Positions 1-13,474 of a stretch of DNA of 64,000 nucleotides are shown here, piece by piece. The position numbers were made by a program, and so were the translations under genes. The number at the start of each line of letters is the position of its first letter. Within the stretch, counting starts at the first letter, position 1. This DNA is from the human T2T-CHM13v2.0 reference genome, Homo sapiens. The notes under the pieces were generated by a model. That model had not been told where the DNA came from. It saw nothing but the letters and a program-made list of their open reading frames with translations, and searched no databases. The stretch is taken from assembly GCF_009914755.1 (NCBI RefSeq), contig NC_060933.1. One strand, 5' to 3'.

Positions 1-414
1 GCTTTTGTCATATATTCATCACATTATTTTTTCATAGTCTCCATTCAACTTTGGTTTCTGTTGCCAATGTGGTTGATTTTTTAAAAATACATACAGTACA
101 ATTTACATCTTTTGTTGACTAGTTCCCCAGGTTTTAACCAGTGAATACAGGCACAGCTTATCTATCTTTACTTGAAGTTTTCTTGTAAGTTTAAAGCTGA
201 ACAAAACTTTCCACCAATTTATACCATGACAGTGCCTAAGCATGCAAGATCTGACGTTTCTCCTTTAGGTCGTTGTTAGTTGCATTGATGACCCTCTTGA
301 GGTCAGTCTACTGTTTTAATTACCAACAAATATACATCGAATCTCACATATTCCCCAATTTGGAATTCTTGTTGTTCTCCCAGATGATGGAGCCCTCTGA
401 AGGTCTTGTAGAGG

Positions 415-1585
415 ATTCTGTGAAGAAGGTGGATTAGAAAACACCAGAACTCAGTCTCCCCATCTAGATAACAGTTGCAATGGCAAAATCTACCTGATAT
501 AACTATTTTGGAACTCTGGACTATATTTCAGGCTTGGAACTTCCAGGGGAAGTCTTGGATGGTAAATTGTGATTAATTTCAGTCAATTTTAGCTTTAATC
601 ACATTAGTATCAACAGATCCTCTACAGTTTTCCACACCTAGTCTCCATGGCAGGCAGCTGTGCCCATGTTCCAAGAGCAGCTTGCACTGAGCTGATGGGA
701 GCCAGTGTTGGCAAAAAGCATACTTTCTCCAAATATCAGGGACCTGTGTCCTATTTTCTGGTTGCTGTTTTTGATCCCCTTTGTTGCAAGGCCCACCCTC
801 CAGCTGAAGTGACTTCCAAGGTATGAAACAGCCAGCACCCTCCCCATCTCCTCCTTTATTTTTTTCCCCTTTTCGGCAACCGGGCATTAAAAACTAGGAC
901 ATTCAAGGTGAAAGTTAGAGAGTGACTGCATATGTCTAGGGAAAGGTGCAGACTCAGAAACACCCTGAGAAGACCTTAAGATCATACCTCAGGACAATCT
1001 TTACACAGAGACAGCCTGCAACAATCAAATCAAGAACAAAATAATATCAACAATCACCAAAGACTGGGTAAGGGGTTAATCTTATTTCCAGAATTACTAC
1101 ATTATTAGATTTGAATGTCGAGTTTTCAACAATAAAAATAATCACAATTTTCTGTGTTAATAGTACATTAACACATAAAAATATGGCCCATTCAAAAAAA
1201 GGTCTCAGAAATCATACCTAAAAAAGATTTGATAGCAAATCTACAAGATAAAGACTTTGAAGTAACTCTTAAAGATGCTCAGAGAATTAAAGGAAGATGT
1301 GGAGAAAGTCTCAAAAATGATGCACAAACAAAATGAAATTATCAATAAAGAGATAGACAACCTATAAAGAAAACAAAAAAAAAATCTGGAGCTAAAAAGT
1401 GAAATAACTGAAATGAGCACTGAACATTTTATTAGAGGGATTTAAAGGCACATTGGAGTAGACAGAAGAAAGAATTAGTGAACTTGAAGATAGGACAATG
1501 AAATTATCACGTCTTAGAAACAAAACAAAAATGATTAAATAAATGACTCAAATCTAAAGGAACCATGTACACCATCCAGTGGACT
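415..1585 (+). mobile_element. Old L1 (L1M-type) 5' region and ORF1 remnant
   Basis: Purine-rich ORF1-like text at 1200-1580 (e.g. gaagaaagaattagtgaacttgaagataggacaatgaaattatc) preceded by a GC-richer 5'UTR-like segment; no intact ORF. Confidence 0.6.
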
Positions 1586-1949
1586 TGAATGGGGAGAATC
1601 ATCATGACCTGTGTCCCCAAATAATTGTAGTTTTCTTCTCATTGTTTAATCATATAATGGCTTTTGAATATATGTGTTAATGAGTAAGTTTTCATTGGCC
1701 ATTTCCTCTTACTTTCATCCAGATTGCCAGGTATCAAATAGCTTGATGTCCTCCAAATGGCATGGTCCTGCAGTCCTTTCAGTCTATGAGAAATCGTGAA
1801 CATAAGCTTTAGGATCTGTCCTTGATGTTATTTTCTTGTAGCTGCTGATTAGGCTACCAATACATTACCCAAAAAAATGCAAAATCAATGTTGGAAACAT
1901 TGTTAATGATGTTCAGTAATAAAAATTACTGAAATAAGCACTGCTTCCT

Positions 1950-2750
1950 AATAAGACAAGAAAATACATGATAGTCATCCAAATAGAAAAGAAGAAAGTA
2001 AAACTTGTTTATGAAAAATGACTTCATCCTCTAGAAAATTCTTCAGATTCTTTAAAAAATATGCTAGAATTTACTAGTCAATTTATCCGAGTCAATATAC
2101 AAAAATCAATAATATTTCTTTATATGCGCAACAATCAGAAATTTAATCTTTAGAATATAATTTATAATATTATGAAGCATTTAAAATACTTAGGAATAAA
2201 TTTATAGGAAGACATATACATTGAAAACTATAAAATATTGCTGATAGAAAATAGATAAGACCTAAACAAATGGAGAGATATATTGAGCTAATGGATTAAA
2301 AGACTCAGTAATGTTAAGATATCAGTTATAATCACATTGATCTACAGATTCAATGCAGTATCAGTCAAAATTTCACCAGACTTTTTTCTGTAGAAATTGA
2401 CAAACAGATTCTAATATTTATGTGGAAATGCAAAGGAACAAAAATAACCAAAATAACTCGAAAATGAAGAAAAATGTTGGAGATCTATAATCTCTAATTT
2501 TAGGACTTATATTACTAAAGTAATCAAGACAGTGAAGTATTAAAGAGAAACAAATGTATCAGTGAAAGAGACAATAGTTTGCACAAATAGAACCTACATA
2601 TACTGTTTATTGATTCTCAACACAAGCACAAAAAGCATTCAATTTTTAAAAAGAAAAATTGAGTAAACAAGTAGTGCTGGGATACACATCTCTATAAAAA
2701 TGATAAATCTTGACCCATATTTTACAGAATATACAAAAATTAAATTTTGA
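1950..2750 (+). mobile_element. Old L1 ORF2 3' fragment
   Basis: Degenerate L1 ORF2 phrases (gacctaaacaaatggagagatata, tacagattcaatgca, gaaattgacaaacagattctaa, gtaatcaagacagtg). Confidence 0.7.
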
Positions 2751-2789
2751 AATGTGCTCATTCCAGTATTTGTTCAGTTGTTTCCAGGA

Positions 2790-4153
2790 AATTTCCTCTT
2801 TTTAGCTCTGAAGAAAAAGCCGGTGGAAGGAGACAGACTTATACATAGAACAGAATTGGCCACTGTCTCTGGTCTTGGCAGGTAGGTGGCTCTCTCACAG
2901 TGTGAAGTTACCCTTGATACCCACAAAACCCAAAGAGATCAGGGAACTCAAGGCAAAGAAGAGCAGAGCTCCACATCTGAGAGAAACTACCCATGACTCT
3001 TGGAGCTCCACGAGGAAGACAGAACACCCCATGTAGTGGAGGGTCCGTGGCACTCTTTTTGCATGCTTCAAGGGGTCCTAGGTTTTTTTCAAGTGTCTCC
3101 TACATTCCCTTTTGTGGTATCCGGAACTTTGATGTTTCTGCCTAGTAATTTTCTGTCCACTGACCACCAAATTGAGGAGGCAGGGGCTTGAAGGGTAATG
3201 TATCGATGATAAAAGAGACCTAGATAGAAAATTGAAAGTGGCAGAAGGAAGGAAGTACAGAAATAAATGGAAGAACAAGTCTTAAAGGAGCCAGATTGGG
3301 AAGATCTTAAGCTTCCCAAAAAGGCCATTGAAGTTTCACTTTTCTTTTCAGCAAAAATTATGCCAGCAAGAAGGGAGGCAAACAGAGGGATCAAACATAT
3401 AATTAAAAAGAGGTTTAGGTGTACCGAAGAAACTTCCCATGGGAGAAACAGGATTCCATTTTAAATCTCTTATCAGATTTCAACAAGAATAAACAGCTAA
3501 TATTTCTAGCTTTTGAAATTGTTTTCTTTTTTTCCTTTTCTCTTTTAAAACAAAGGTATCTACCAAGTGACTCCAAACAGAAACCAATTAAGTCTTTTAT
3601 GATTAACCAAGGATGCATAAGACATCTTCAAAGAAATGCAAAGATGCAACCCTCTCAGAATTCAAAGTCACCCCTAAATCACCCCTAAAAATAGCCAAAA
3701 GAAAGATTTAGACACTTTGTGAGCTAGCAACAGTCAATGACATGTAAGCTTGTCATGGGAGCCCCCAACATTTTTTTTGGCCACCTGCACATGCCGAAGT
3801 GTGTTGTACAGGCAGCAAGCCAAGCCAGGTTCTCTTGACACAATATGAGACAAACAGGGACACAATAGCTGTCTATGGAAGGGAAAAGATTAATAACAAA
3901 TGGGTACTTTAAATCAAAACTACACAAGAATCACAATCCAAGCTAATAATTTTCTCCTGCTATCCTGAATTTGGAAAAAAAGAAAGAGAAATTTTTACCT
4001 TCCATTCTTGACCAGGCACTATAGGCAGAGATCCAGGAGAACAGACCTTGATACAAATTCTTACCTTTCTTTGCCAACTTTTTGCCAGCTGTCCCAGGAC
4101 CTCATCAGTAGGTGAGTCAGTTGCTTCAGCCATCCCTTCCTCATCACCGGGAC
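2790..4153 (-). mobile_element. ERV1 (MER4-group-like) internal leader fragment
   Basis: Abuts the LTR at 4154 through a primer-binding-site-like junction (tcatcaccgggac); resembles non-autonomous ERV1 internal sequence. Family uncertain. Confidence 0.45.
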
Positions 4154-4795
4154 TATAGGGGCAGAAATGGTGTGATCTCTTTCCTTCCCATCATAAGGGT
4201 CATAGCTGACACCCGTTTAACAAAAGAAAGACAGGTTAACAAGAGAAAAGCAAAGCAAAGCATATTTATTTAATTATAGTTTTATGTGACATGGGAGCCT
4301 TCAGAATGAAGACCCAGAGTTACATAAAAAAATTCATTTTAATGCTTAAGTTCAATGAAGAATGGACAGCTGTGTAAAAAATGTGATTAGACAAAAAGGG
4401 CATCATCTAATGCTAATAGACTGAGTGCGGAAAGCCAGCAAGGTCTTTCTGGTCAGATTCTTCTTGACCTCTCCGTGCAGCATTCCTTCCTCCCTGGCAT
4501 GGGGTAGAGATCCTTTTGGAATGGAGGTCTTATAACCTACAATTAAACAAGATAGTTCAGAGAATTTCTTTAGAGCCAGTTCTTACACAGAAAAGTAAGA
4601 GTAGTATTTTTAGGTTTTATGGCTTACTTTGGTGAAAAGGAGCCTTGGAAAAGGGGGTTTCTAGTTTTTATGGCTAACCTCTAGAGAACGAGGAGTGAGA
4701 AACAAGAGAGGAAAAAAAGATCAGAGAGAAAATTTGCTTCTGAGGCTGCTTCTGAGACCATCACTTTTGAGTATTGTTTTTTCTGATCCCCAACG
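4154..4795 (-). mobile_element. ERV1-class LTR
   Basis: About 640 bp with LTR-like ends (tatagggg...gatccccaacg) and recognisable ERV1 LTR text (aagacaggttaacaagagaaaagc, gtgacatgggagccttcagaatgaagacccag). Confidence 0.5.
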
Positions 4796-7794
4796 AAAGT
4801 GAAGAATGGGATTCAAGAAAACAGGGGAAGAAGGAGGGAATTCTGCTAGGTATCAGAATCAGCCAGTACATATTATGTATATTTTACTTCAGTTTAGGGA
4901 AACAAACTGAATATATTATGAAATATATTACATATATTTCATAAGCTACCATTTCCTGACTAAATAAACAAATCAAACTTACCTTCGATGTGAAGGCTGA
5001 CTATTTTTCAATTTACTCCAGAATGCTTCCAGGAATTCTGTTTTTTAGACTATCACATTCTCGAACGTAGTAGTTACTGAGTTTGAGGAGAGTGTTCAAT
5101 ATTCTGATAAATATGTATAAAATAAGAAAATAACCATATATCCATAAAATAAGAAAATGATAGCCATATATGTGTATGTATATATCAAGTTCTAGATATT
5201 CATATATAGATATATGATGTTGACTGTGTAGCTTGAGGAAAAGATTCAAGAGACCCCTCTGCAGTTGCAGGCTCTCACTCCCTGCTACCTCAGAAATTCA
5301 CACACACTCCCTGGGAAATACCTCCATGAGAATATGGTACCAATTACAGGAATGCCTCTCAAATTCTACCAATATGGACACATTTAGATAAATAGACTTC
5401 ACTGAGAATAATAATAATAATATTCTTTTATATTTCTTAGCTTCTGTGGGATTTTTCCCTTTTTCTAACTAGGTACAGTTTTTATTGCTGAGTTGAGGAG
5501 CTGTCAAGATTACTACCTAAAGTTACAGTAAGAAAATGTTGATTTGTTAAAGTTTGAACTCTGACATTAGGAATGAATCTGTGAAACTAAGATTGCACTG
5601 TCAAGAGTTTAATGCACTAAGAAACATGATATTTTTGTGAATAGTATTAAGTTCCAATCCAAACTGGCAGTTCTGTGTATCCCCAAGGATCCCAATATAT
5701 GTGGAAGGGGTGATCCTAGGGAGCGTAGACTGGTCTACACAGTAGGCTGTGGGCAGGGAATACATGTTTCTCTGTCCCTATAACTGGAAATCCCAAGGAG
5801 TCCACGCCCTGACTTTAGCCAGAAACTCACTCTCTTTGTAATAGACCAAGGGTAAGGAAACATGCTTATGACAGCATGAGTATCTCTTCTGGCCAAGAAG
5901 TAGCCTTTTTGCAGCATGTGGATAAATCCCCAGAACTGGTAGAATTTCTTCATAGATCAGCAACCTGCCCCTCCAGTTTTGGTTGCTGCCCTTATCACTC
6001 TTGGCCCCAGGGGACTGTCTTCCCCTGAGAGGTTTGCAGGAGCCTACGTATAAACTGAATTCTGCTTTCTCTTTCCTTTTTGCTAAGCTACTGTTATGTC
6101 ACATTTAATGGAGATTCTAGAAAACCCCCTTTGCATGTGTTTCTGTAAAACCTAGAAATTTTATTTCACTTCTGCTTTCTCCTTGTGGCATTCTGCTCTT
6201 TAGGGAAGCCATATGAAGCCAGAACCACAATAGAACAGAAAGCTGCTCTGTGTGAATGGGCAGGAAAGTCAAGAGAATGAATGACCAGGGTCCCATGGGA
6301 AATCCACCTCAGAGAGCAAGGAAACCCTGGTGATATGGAAATGCCTCCTGGAATGCTGAGAGCCAGGGAGGGAATGTGTCAGGTGCCTGAATCAGTAAAT
6401 AAACATCACATGTCTTCTGCACGTCAATCTATATGTTTATTCTCCTGTCTCAGGTATTTATACAAGCCACCATTCCCCGACTGCATATAAATAGGACACT
6501 TCTTTGAAATGAGGAGTGACTGTTTTTCAACCACTCTACAGTTGCTGACAGAATCTAGTTTTTTTAGGCTGCTGCCATTGGCAGTCACTTACTGAAATGC
6601 AGGACACAGGTCCTAAGAATTTTATAGAAAGATAAATATTATCCTCATCTACAGCTGTATGAAGAAAATAGGGAAATACCTATCATATTTTAACTTCTTA
6701 CTAGATAGGAGACACAGTGGTAGGTGCTTTAAAATGCATGTTTTTTCTAATATTCACAACTACATAAATATTTTAAACCCAATTTTTATGAGAAAAGTGA
6801 GGCTCAGTGAGAATAAGTGGGTTGATCAACACCACACATACATCCAAGCAGAATGAAATTTCAACGTTAAAGTCTTTAATGCAAATTATGAGTGATTTTG
6901 TCAGTTTGGTTTTCTGGATTTCTATTACAATTGCTAAATCTCCTTGTACTCGTGAATTATACACAACTCTTTGGTACTTTCTGAATTTCCATGGTTCGGG
7001 TTGTATTTTTAGCTGGTTTGACTAATTTTTTTCTTTCCCTTAAGTATGGAGGAAGAGATTCTCTGATCCAGTTTCCTAATTTAATTTGTGAAGGAAGTTT
7101 GTCAGTTTATATGTTTATGGTAATTTAGTTATTTTTGTATTCATGTAAGATTGTAATATTCATAAAATCCGGAAAAATTACCAAGGAGTATTATAAAAGA
7201 TTTCTTATCATATCTGGCTCTACCGGAGAAATGCAGTCAAGTTGTAGTAAACTAGCATGACAATGGCGCAAGTTAAGTAACTTAATTAAAGCCAGTAATT
7301 GCAGTAACCATTATATTATCAATATTAATTGAATATTTTGATGAAAGATTGAATTAGTTATCTATTCCTGCCTAAATAATTAACAAAACTAGGCATCTTA
7401 CTGATAGTCACAGTAGTATTAATTAAAACTGATAAATTACTATTGTAATTAAATATGCCGTGACTTAAAATAAATATATGAAATATATTAATGTCATTTG
7501 CCAGTACCTCAATTACATGAAATCTATTGAGAAAAATATACATTGCAAAAAAGGAAAAACTATGCCCAGAAAACATAACCCACATCCTTTCCTAATCCCA
7601 TTTTATTTCTTTCTCCACTTCAGTTCACTAACTTATCTTATTTAAACTTCCTCCAATATGGCTTCTGTGTATTAACTTTACCCAATCAGTTCTCACTAAG
7701 GGTGCCAATGCCATCTATTTCCCAATTAGTAGGCAGTTTCAAGCCACACCTTGGGCAAATCGACTGAATCCTCTTCTCGGCACATTTATTTCCT

Positions 7795-7905
7795 TTTGTT
7801 TGTTTGTTATTTTGAGATGGGGTCACTCTCCCTCTGTCTCCCAGGCTCGAGTGCAGTATTGTGATCATGGCTCACTGCAGCCTTGAACTCCTGGGCTGAA
7901 GCATT
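7795..7905 (-). mobile_element. FLAM/AluJ monomer fragment
   Basis: ccaggctcgagtgcagtattgtgatcatggctcactgcagccttgaactcctgggct. Confidence 0.8.
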
Positions 7906-8445
7906 TATCTTCCTAAATACACTTTCATTATCTTTCTCTGCTGTTGCCTTCTAATGTACAGCCATTCCTTTGTGGCTGTGGATGTTTCCTTTGCGGCTTT
8001 TCTCTCCCCTCCCTTTAAAAGCGAAAGGTCCTCAGAATCATGTTTAAAACTTTTTCTCTCTCTACACTCTCTCCCAACACCATGACCTTCATTTCTTGGC
8101 TTTCTCTTATCACATATAAACCCCCAGCAATCGCATTCCTTGCAAATTGCAAACTTATATATCTAACTGGCAATGGACATTTTCTAATAGATGTATACTA
8201 GTCAATTTAAAGAGAATGTCTCTGTCTTATTTTTATTTCCTCACATGCCTCAATCTACCTTCTGCAGAGAGAAATCATCGGTTGTTCCTTCTTCTCTTCA
8301 TACCATTTACCATAACTGATAATTAAGTATGATTACCATTTTTAGTTTTTTTCATACAAAAATCAAATACACAAGAGAGCAGAATTGTATTTGTTAGGTT
8401 CACCTTGTTATCTTGAGTACAACATACAACCTGGTTTACAGAAAG

Positions 8446-8451
8446 TTTATT
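8446..8451 (-). terminator. IFNA2 distal polyadenylation signal AATAAA (a proximal AATAAA lies at 8629-8634)
   Basis: tttatt on the plus strand about 490 bp past the stop codon. Confidence 0.7.
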
Positions 8452-8693
8452 TTTACTTATATCTTGAATATAATATTGATGGATAAATGAAGTGTACCAG
8501 TTATTCTGTAATCAGGTTGCACAATTAGGCTTGGAATTTCGTTTTAAAGAATAAACAAGTACAAAAGTTTCCATAGCAAAAGTTCAATGAACAACACAAA
8601 ATAAATTTACCAAATACAAAGAACATATTTTATTACATTAACCACTGTGCAAAGGTGCACATGACATAATATGAACAAAAATAAGTTGTTTTA

Positions 8694-8732
8694 TAAATAG
8701 TTAAATAAATAATATTTTAAAAATATTTAAAT
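8694..8732 (-). promoter_or_regulatory. AU-rich element cluster in the IFNA2 3'UTR
   Basis: Minus strand reads ATTTA...TTATTTATTTA...ATTTA; typical cytokine mRNA instability element, mirrored at 34134-34155 in IFNA8. Confidence 0.75.
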
Positions 8733-8939
8733 AGATAATGGATCAGTCAGCATGGTCCTCTGTAAGGGACTAGTGCCTTAAGAGCTGAATACAATGTTGA
8801 TTAATACTCCTAAAAACATTTGAAAAGATTTAAATCGTGTCATGGTCATAGCAGAAACATGAGTCTTTGAAATGGCAGATCATAAAAAGGTGAGCTGGCA
8901 TACGAATCAATGAAAATCATTTCCATGTTGAACCAGTTT

Positions 8940-9557
<618 letters not shown>

Positions 9558-9573
9558 TTAGGCTCCAGGTTCT

Positions 9574-9683
9574 CTGAAGACCTTGCTTTGTGCCTAGCCT
9601 TAAATAGGGAACATACTCGTTTACATTTTCCAAATGCCCCTGTGTTACTTTCTACTTCTCTTTTTGCTTTCTTTATGCACTCT
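9574..9683 (-). promoter_or_regulatory. IFNA2 promoter: virus-responsive element (IRF sites), TATTTAA box (9600-9606), start site near 9574
   Basis: Minus strand GAGTGCATAAAGAAAGCAAAAAGAGAAGTAGAAAGTAAC...GGAAAATGTAAACGAGTATGTTCCCTATTTAAGG, the canonical IFNA VRE layout. Confidence 0.9.
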
Positions 9684-10956
9684 TTACATGGGTTTTCAGC
9701 TGTTTTTCTCACCACATTTTTTTCATTATTGTTTCCTTCCTCTTTTACCCCAGAGCCTTTTTAGAAACTTTTTTCTGATTGAATCTCCCATTATATTTTA
9801 ATCACATATACACTGTGTATCTATTTACATATCCTATGTATATCTCTATTCTATACATTAAATTAAAAAGTATAAAGTTAATGTTTTATTATTGCAAAGA
9901 ATGATAAAACAATTAAAAATTAAATTAAAAGGCTATTGACATTTTACTTAACTTGATAACTATATTCTTAGAGCAACTTTTTTGAAAATAGATTTTTGTG
10001 GGTACATAAGAGGCGTCTGTGTTTATGGAATAAGTGAAATATTTTTATATAGGCAGACAATTCATAATAATCACAGCAGGGTGAATGGAGTATCCAATGC
10101 TTCAAACATTTATCATTTCTCTCTGCTACATACATCCCATTTATACTATTTTAGTTATTTTATAATATATAATAAATTATCATTAACAGTAGTCATCCTA
10201 TTGTGCTATCGAATACTAAATCATATTCATTTTTTCTAACTATATTTTTGTGCCCGTTAGCCATCTCCATTTTCCCCCATATGATCCAGCAATCCCACTA
10301 CTGGGTATTTATCCAAAGGAAATGAAATCAGTATGTCAACAAAATATTTACACTCCCATGTTTATTGCAGCACTATTCACAATAGCTAAGATTTGGAAGC
10401 AACTTAGGTGTCTAACAGATGAATGGATAAAGAAAATATGGCACTTATACACAATGGAGTACTACTTAGCCATAAAAAAGAATGAGATCCTGTCATTTGC
10501 AAGAACATGGATGGAGCTGGAGGACATTATGTTCATTGGACAACATTAAACCCATTGATCTGCACATACCTAACCACACTTGAATCTCTAGGACAAATTC
10601 CACTTGGTCATGATGAATGATTGTTTTAATGTGTTCTTGAATTCAGTTTGCTAATTTGTTGTTGAGGATTTCTGCATCAATGTTCATCAGAGATATTGGC
10701 CTACAGTTTTCTTTCTTTTTAATGTGTCTTTCTCTGGTTTTATATGTGATTAAAATATAATGGGAGATTCAATCAGAAAAAACACTGGCCTCATAGAATA
10801 CATTTGGAAAGATTCTGTCCACCTCTATTTTTTTAATAATTTGAGTTGGATTGGTATTAGTTTTTTAAATATTTGGCAAAATTCATCAGTGAAGCCATCA
10901 GATCCTGAGTTCTTTTCTGGGATACTTTTTAGTATGGCTTCTGTCTCATTACTTGT

Positions 10957-11100
10957 TATTGGCCTGTTCACATTTTGTATTTCTTCATGGTTCCATGAAG
11001 AAATACAAAAACCATGAAGAAATACAAGAATGGTTCTAGAAACAATTCTTGTATTTCTTCATGGTACTATGAAAAAATACAAAACCTGAACAGACCAGTA
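10957..11100. repeat. Nested fold-back (inverted) repeat array within L1
   Basis: Five copies of an approximately 18-21 bp unit (ttgtatttcttcatgg / ccatgaagaaatacaa) in mixed orientation; perfect 18-bp and 21-bp arms. Confidence 0.9.
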
Positions 11101-11859
11101 TGTTGTATGTTTCTAGGAATTATCTATTTTGTTCAGGTTTTCCAATTTATTAGCATATAGTTTCATAGTATCTTCTAATGATCCTTTAATTTTTTGTGGT
11201 ATTGGTTGTCATGTCTCCTTTTTTATCTCAGATTGTATTTATTTGGGACTTCTTTTTTTCTTAGTCTGTGGTGAGAGAAAACGTTTGATATTATTTCACT
11301 TTTTTTCTAAATTTTAAGATTTGTTTTGTGACCTAGCATTTGGTATATCCTTGAGAATTATCCATGTGCTGAGGAGAAGAATGTGTATTCTACAGCTGTT
11401 GGATCAAATGTTCTGTAAATATCTACTAGGTCCATTTGGCCTATGGTGCAGATGAAATTTGATGTTTGTTAATTTTCTGTCTGGATGATCTGTCCAATGC
11501 TGAAAGTGGGGTGTTGAAGTCTCCAGTTATTATTGTATGGGGGTCTGTCTATCTCTCTCTTTGGCTCTAATAATATTTGCTTTATATACCTGAGTACTCC
11601 AGTATTGGGTGAATATATATTTAGAATTGTTAAATGCTCTTGCTAAATGGACCCCTTTATCACTATATAATGACCTTCTTTCTCTCTTTTCATAGTTTTT
11701 GTCTTGCAGTCTATTTTGTCTGATATAAATGTAGCTTCTGCTTCTTTTTGTTTGTTTCCATAGGCATAGAATATTTTTCCATCCCTTTACCTTCAGTCTA
11801 TATGTGTCTTTAAAGGTGAAGCATACTTCTTGTAGGCAATGAATCATTGGGTCTAAGGG

Positions 11860-12183
11860 TTTTTTGTTTTGTTTTGTTTTGCTTTTTTTTTTTGAGGCAG
11901 AGTCTTATTCTGTCACCTAGGCTGGGGTGCAGTGGCTCCATCAATCTTAGCTCACTGCAACCTCCACCTCCCAAGTTCAAGCAATTCTTCTGCCTCAGCC
12001 TCTCTAGTAGCTGGAACCACAGGCATGTGCCACCATGTTCAGCTAATTTTTTGTATTTTTAGTAGAGACAGGGTTTTGCCATGTTGGCCAGGCTGGTCTC
12101 GAACTCCTGGGCTCAAGTGATCCACCCGGCTCAGTCTCCCAAAATGCTGGGATTATAGGTGTGAGACACCACGCACAGCTCGG
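11860..12183 (-). mobile_element. Alu (AluJ/S), full length
   Basis: T-rich tail followed by dimeric Alu consensus in reverse. Confidence 0.95.
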
Positions 12184-13474
12184 TGTAATATTTTTTTTAA
12201 AATACATTCAGCCACTCCCTGTCTTTTCATTGGAGAGCTTAGTCCATTTACATTCAATGTTATTATTTATGAGGACTTATTCCTGTCATTTTGTTATTCA
12301 TTTTCTGATTATTTGATGGCCTTCTCTTTCTTATTTTCTTCCTATTTGTCTTTCTTTTAATGTAGGTGATTTTCTCTGGTGGTGTGTTTTAATTTCTCCT
12401 TTTTATTTTGTGTGTATTTGTTGTATGTTTTAGATTGGAGGTTACCATGAGGCTTGCATATAGTGTCTTATAACCCATTATTTTAAACTGGTAACACTGA
12501 TTACATAAACAAACAAAAAAGCAAAAAAAAAAAAAAACCAAAAAATCAGACTTCATCTCCCCACTTTTAACTTTTTTTGTTTCCATTTATATCTTAACTG
12601 TATTGTCTATATCTTGAAAAGTCATTATAGTTATTATTTTTGATTGGTTCATCTTTTCCTCTTTCTAAATATATGTCTAAATTCAAACTCTCTGATTCAC
12701 ACAGCTCACAACAGACAACATACCATACCACCCTCTGGGGTGTGGTAGCTCTAATTCCCCCAAATCATCAATCTTCCACCTTTCCTGCACTTGTAAAGGA
12801 TGTATTAAATCCCCAGAATGTGTGTGTGAACTGTAAATAGTTGTGACATCATTTTCCATCCCTCAGAAACCTAGGCTTCAAACAATTTGGTGATCTTTAG
12901 GCAACATTAGTATAAAATCAGTCTATATATAGAGAGAGCAGAAAGAATCAGTTTTTTTAAATAAACCAAATAAATTGTATTATTGATTATTTTCATGATG
13001 CAATTAAACTATATTATTAAACAATTAAAATGCTCAAAGTTCTTAAATGGGCACAGGAATTTCTATAATAGATAAACTTTCTTTTCAGAAATATACATTG
13101 CAAAAATTAACAACTTTTAGTAGTTTATCTAGTCAGTACATTTTTATTGGCTCAAACTGTTAAGTCTGTCAAACACTGAGAAATGAGCATTTTGTCTACG
13201 TTCAATTCAGATTTTGCTGGGAACTTAAGTATATTTACTTTTTATGTGGTATTTGACCATGAAAATTTGTTTGGCTAACCCTGATTTTTTTATTCACCTT
13301 CAGCTTTATGTTAGTAAAGGGATATATGAATATGATGAAACAAATGGAATATAAAGTATTTCCATATAGTGCTCACAAGACCAAATATATTTCTTTCTCA
13401 TTTTTCTTTTTGTACAAAGTAAATTAGTCTGGTTTTGCATCCCAATGCATAGGGCCAAAAATGTATGTCTACAT

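Larger units (their letters stand above)
9975..12665 (-). mobile_element. Rearranged L1MA-type element (3' end at about 9975; internal plus-strand segment about 10279-10535; Alu inserted)
   Basis: L1 3'UTR and ORF2 text on the minus strand; segment atatgatccagcaatcccactactgggtatttatcc...ggaggacattatg is in the opposite orientation. Confidence 0.8.

Noticed and set aside
10957-11100. Repeat-spacer look suggesting a CRISPR-like array or MITE
   Set aside because: Eukaryotic L1-derived sequence with units in both orientations, no unique spacers and no TSD; reported as a fold-back repeat instead.
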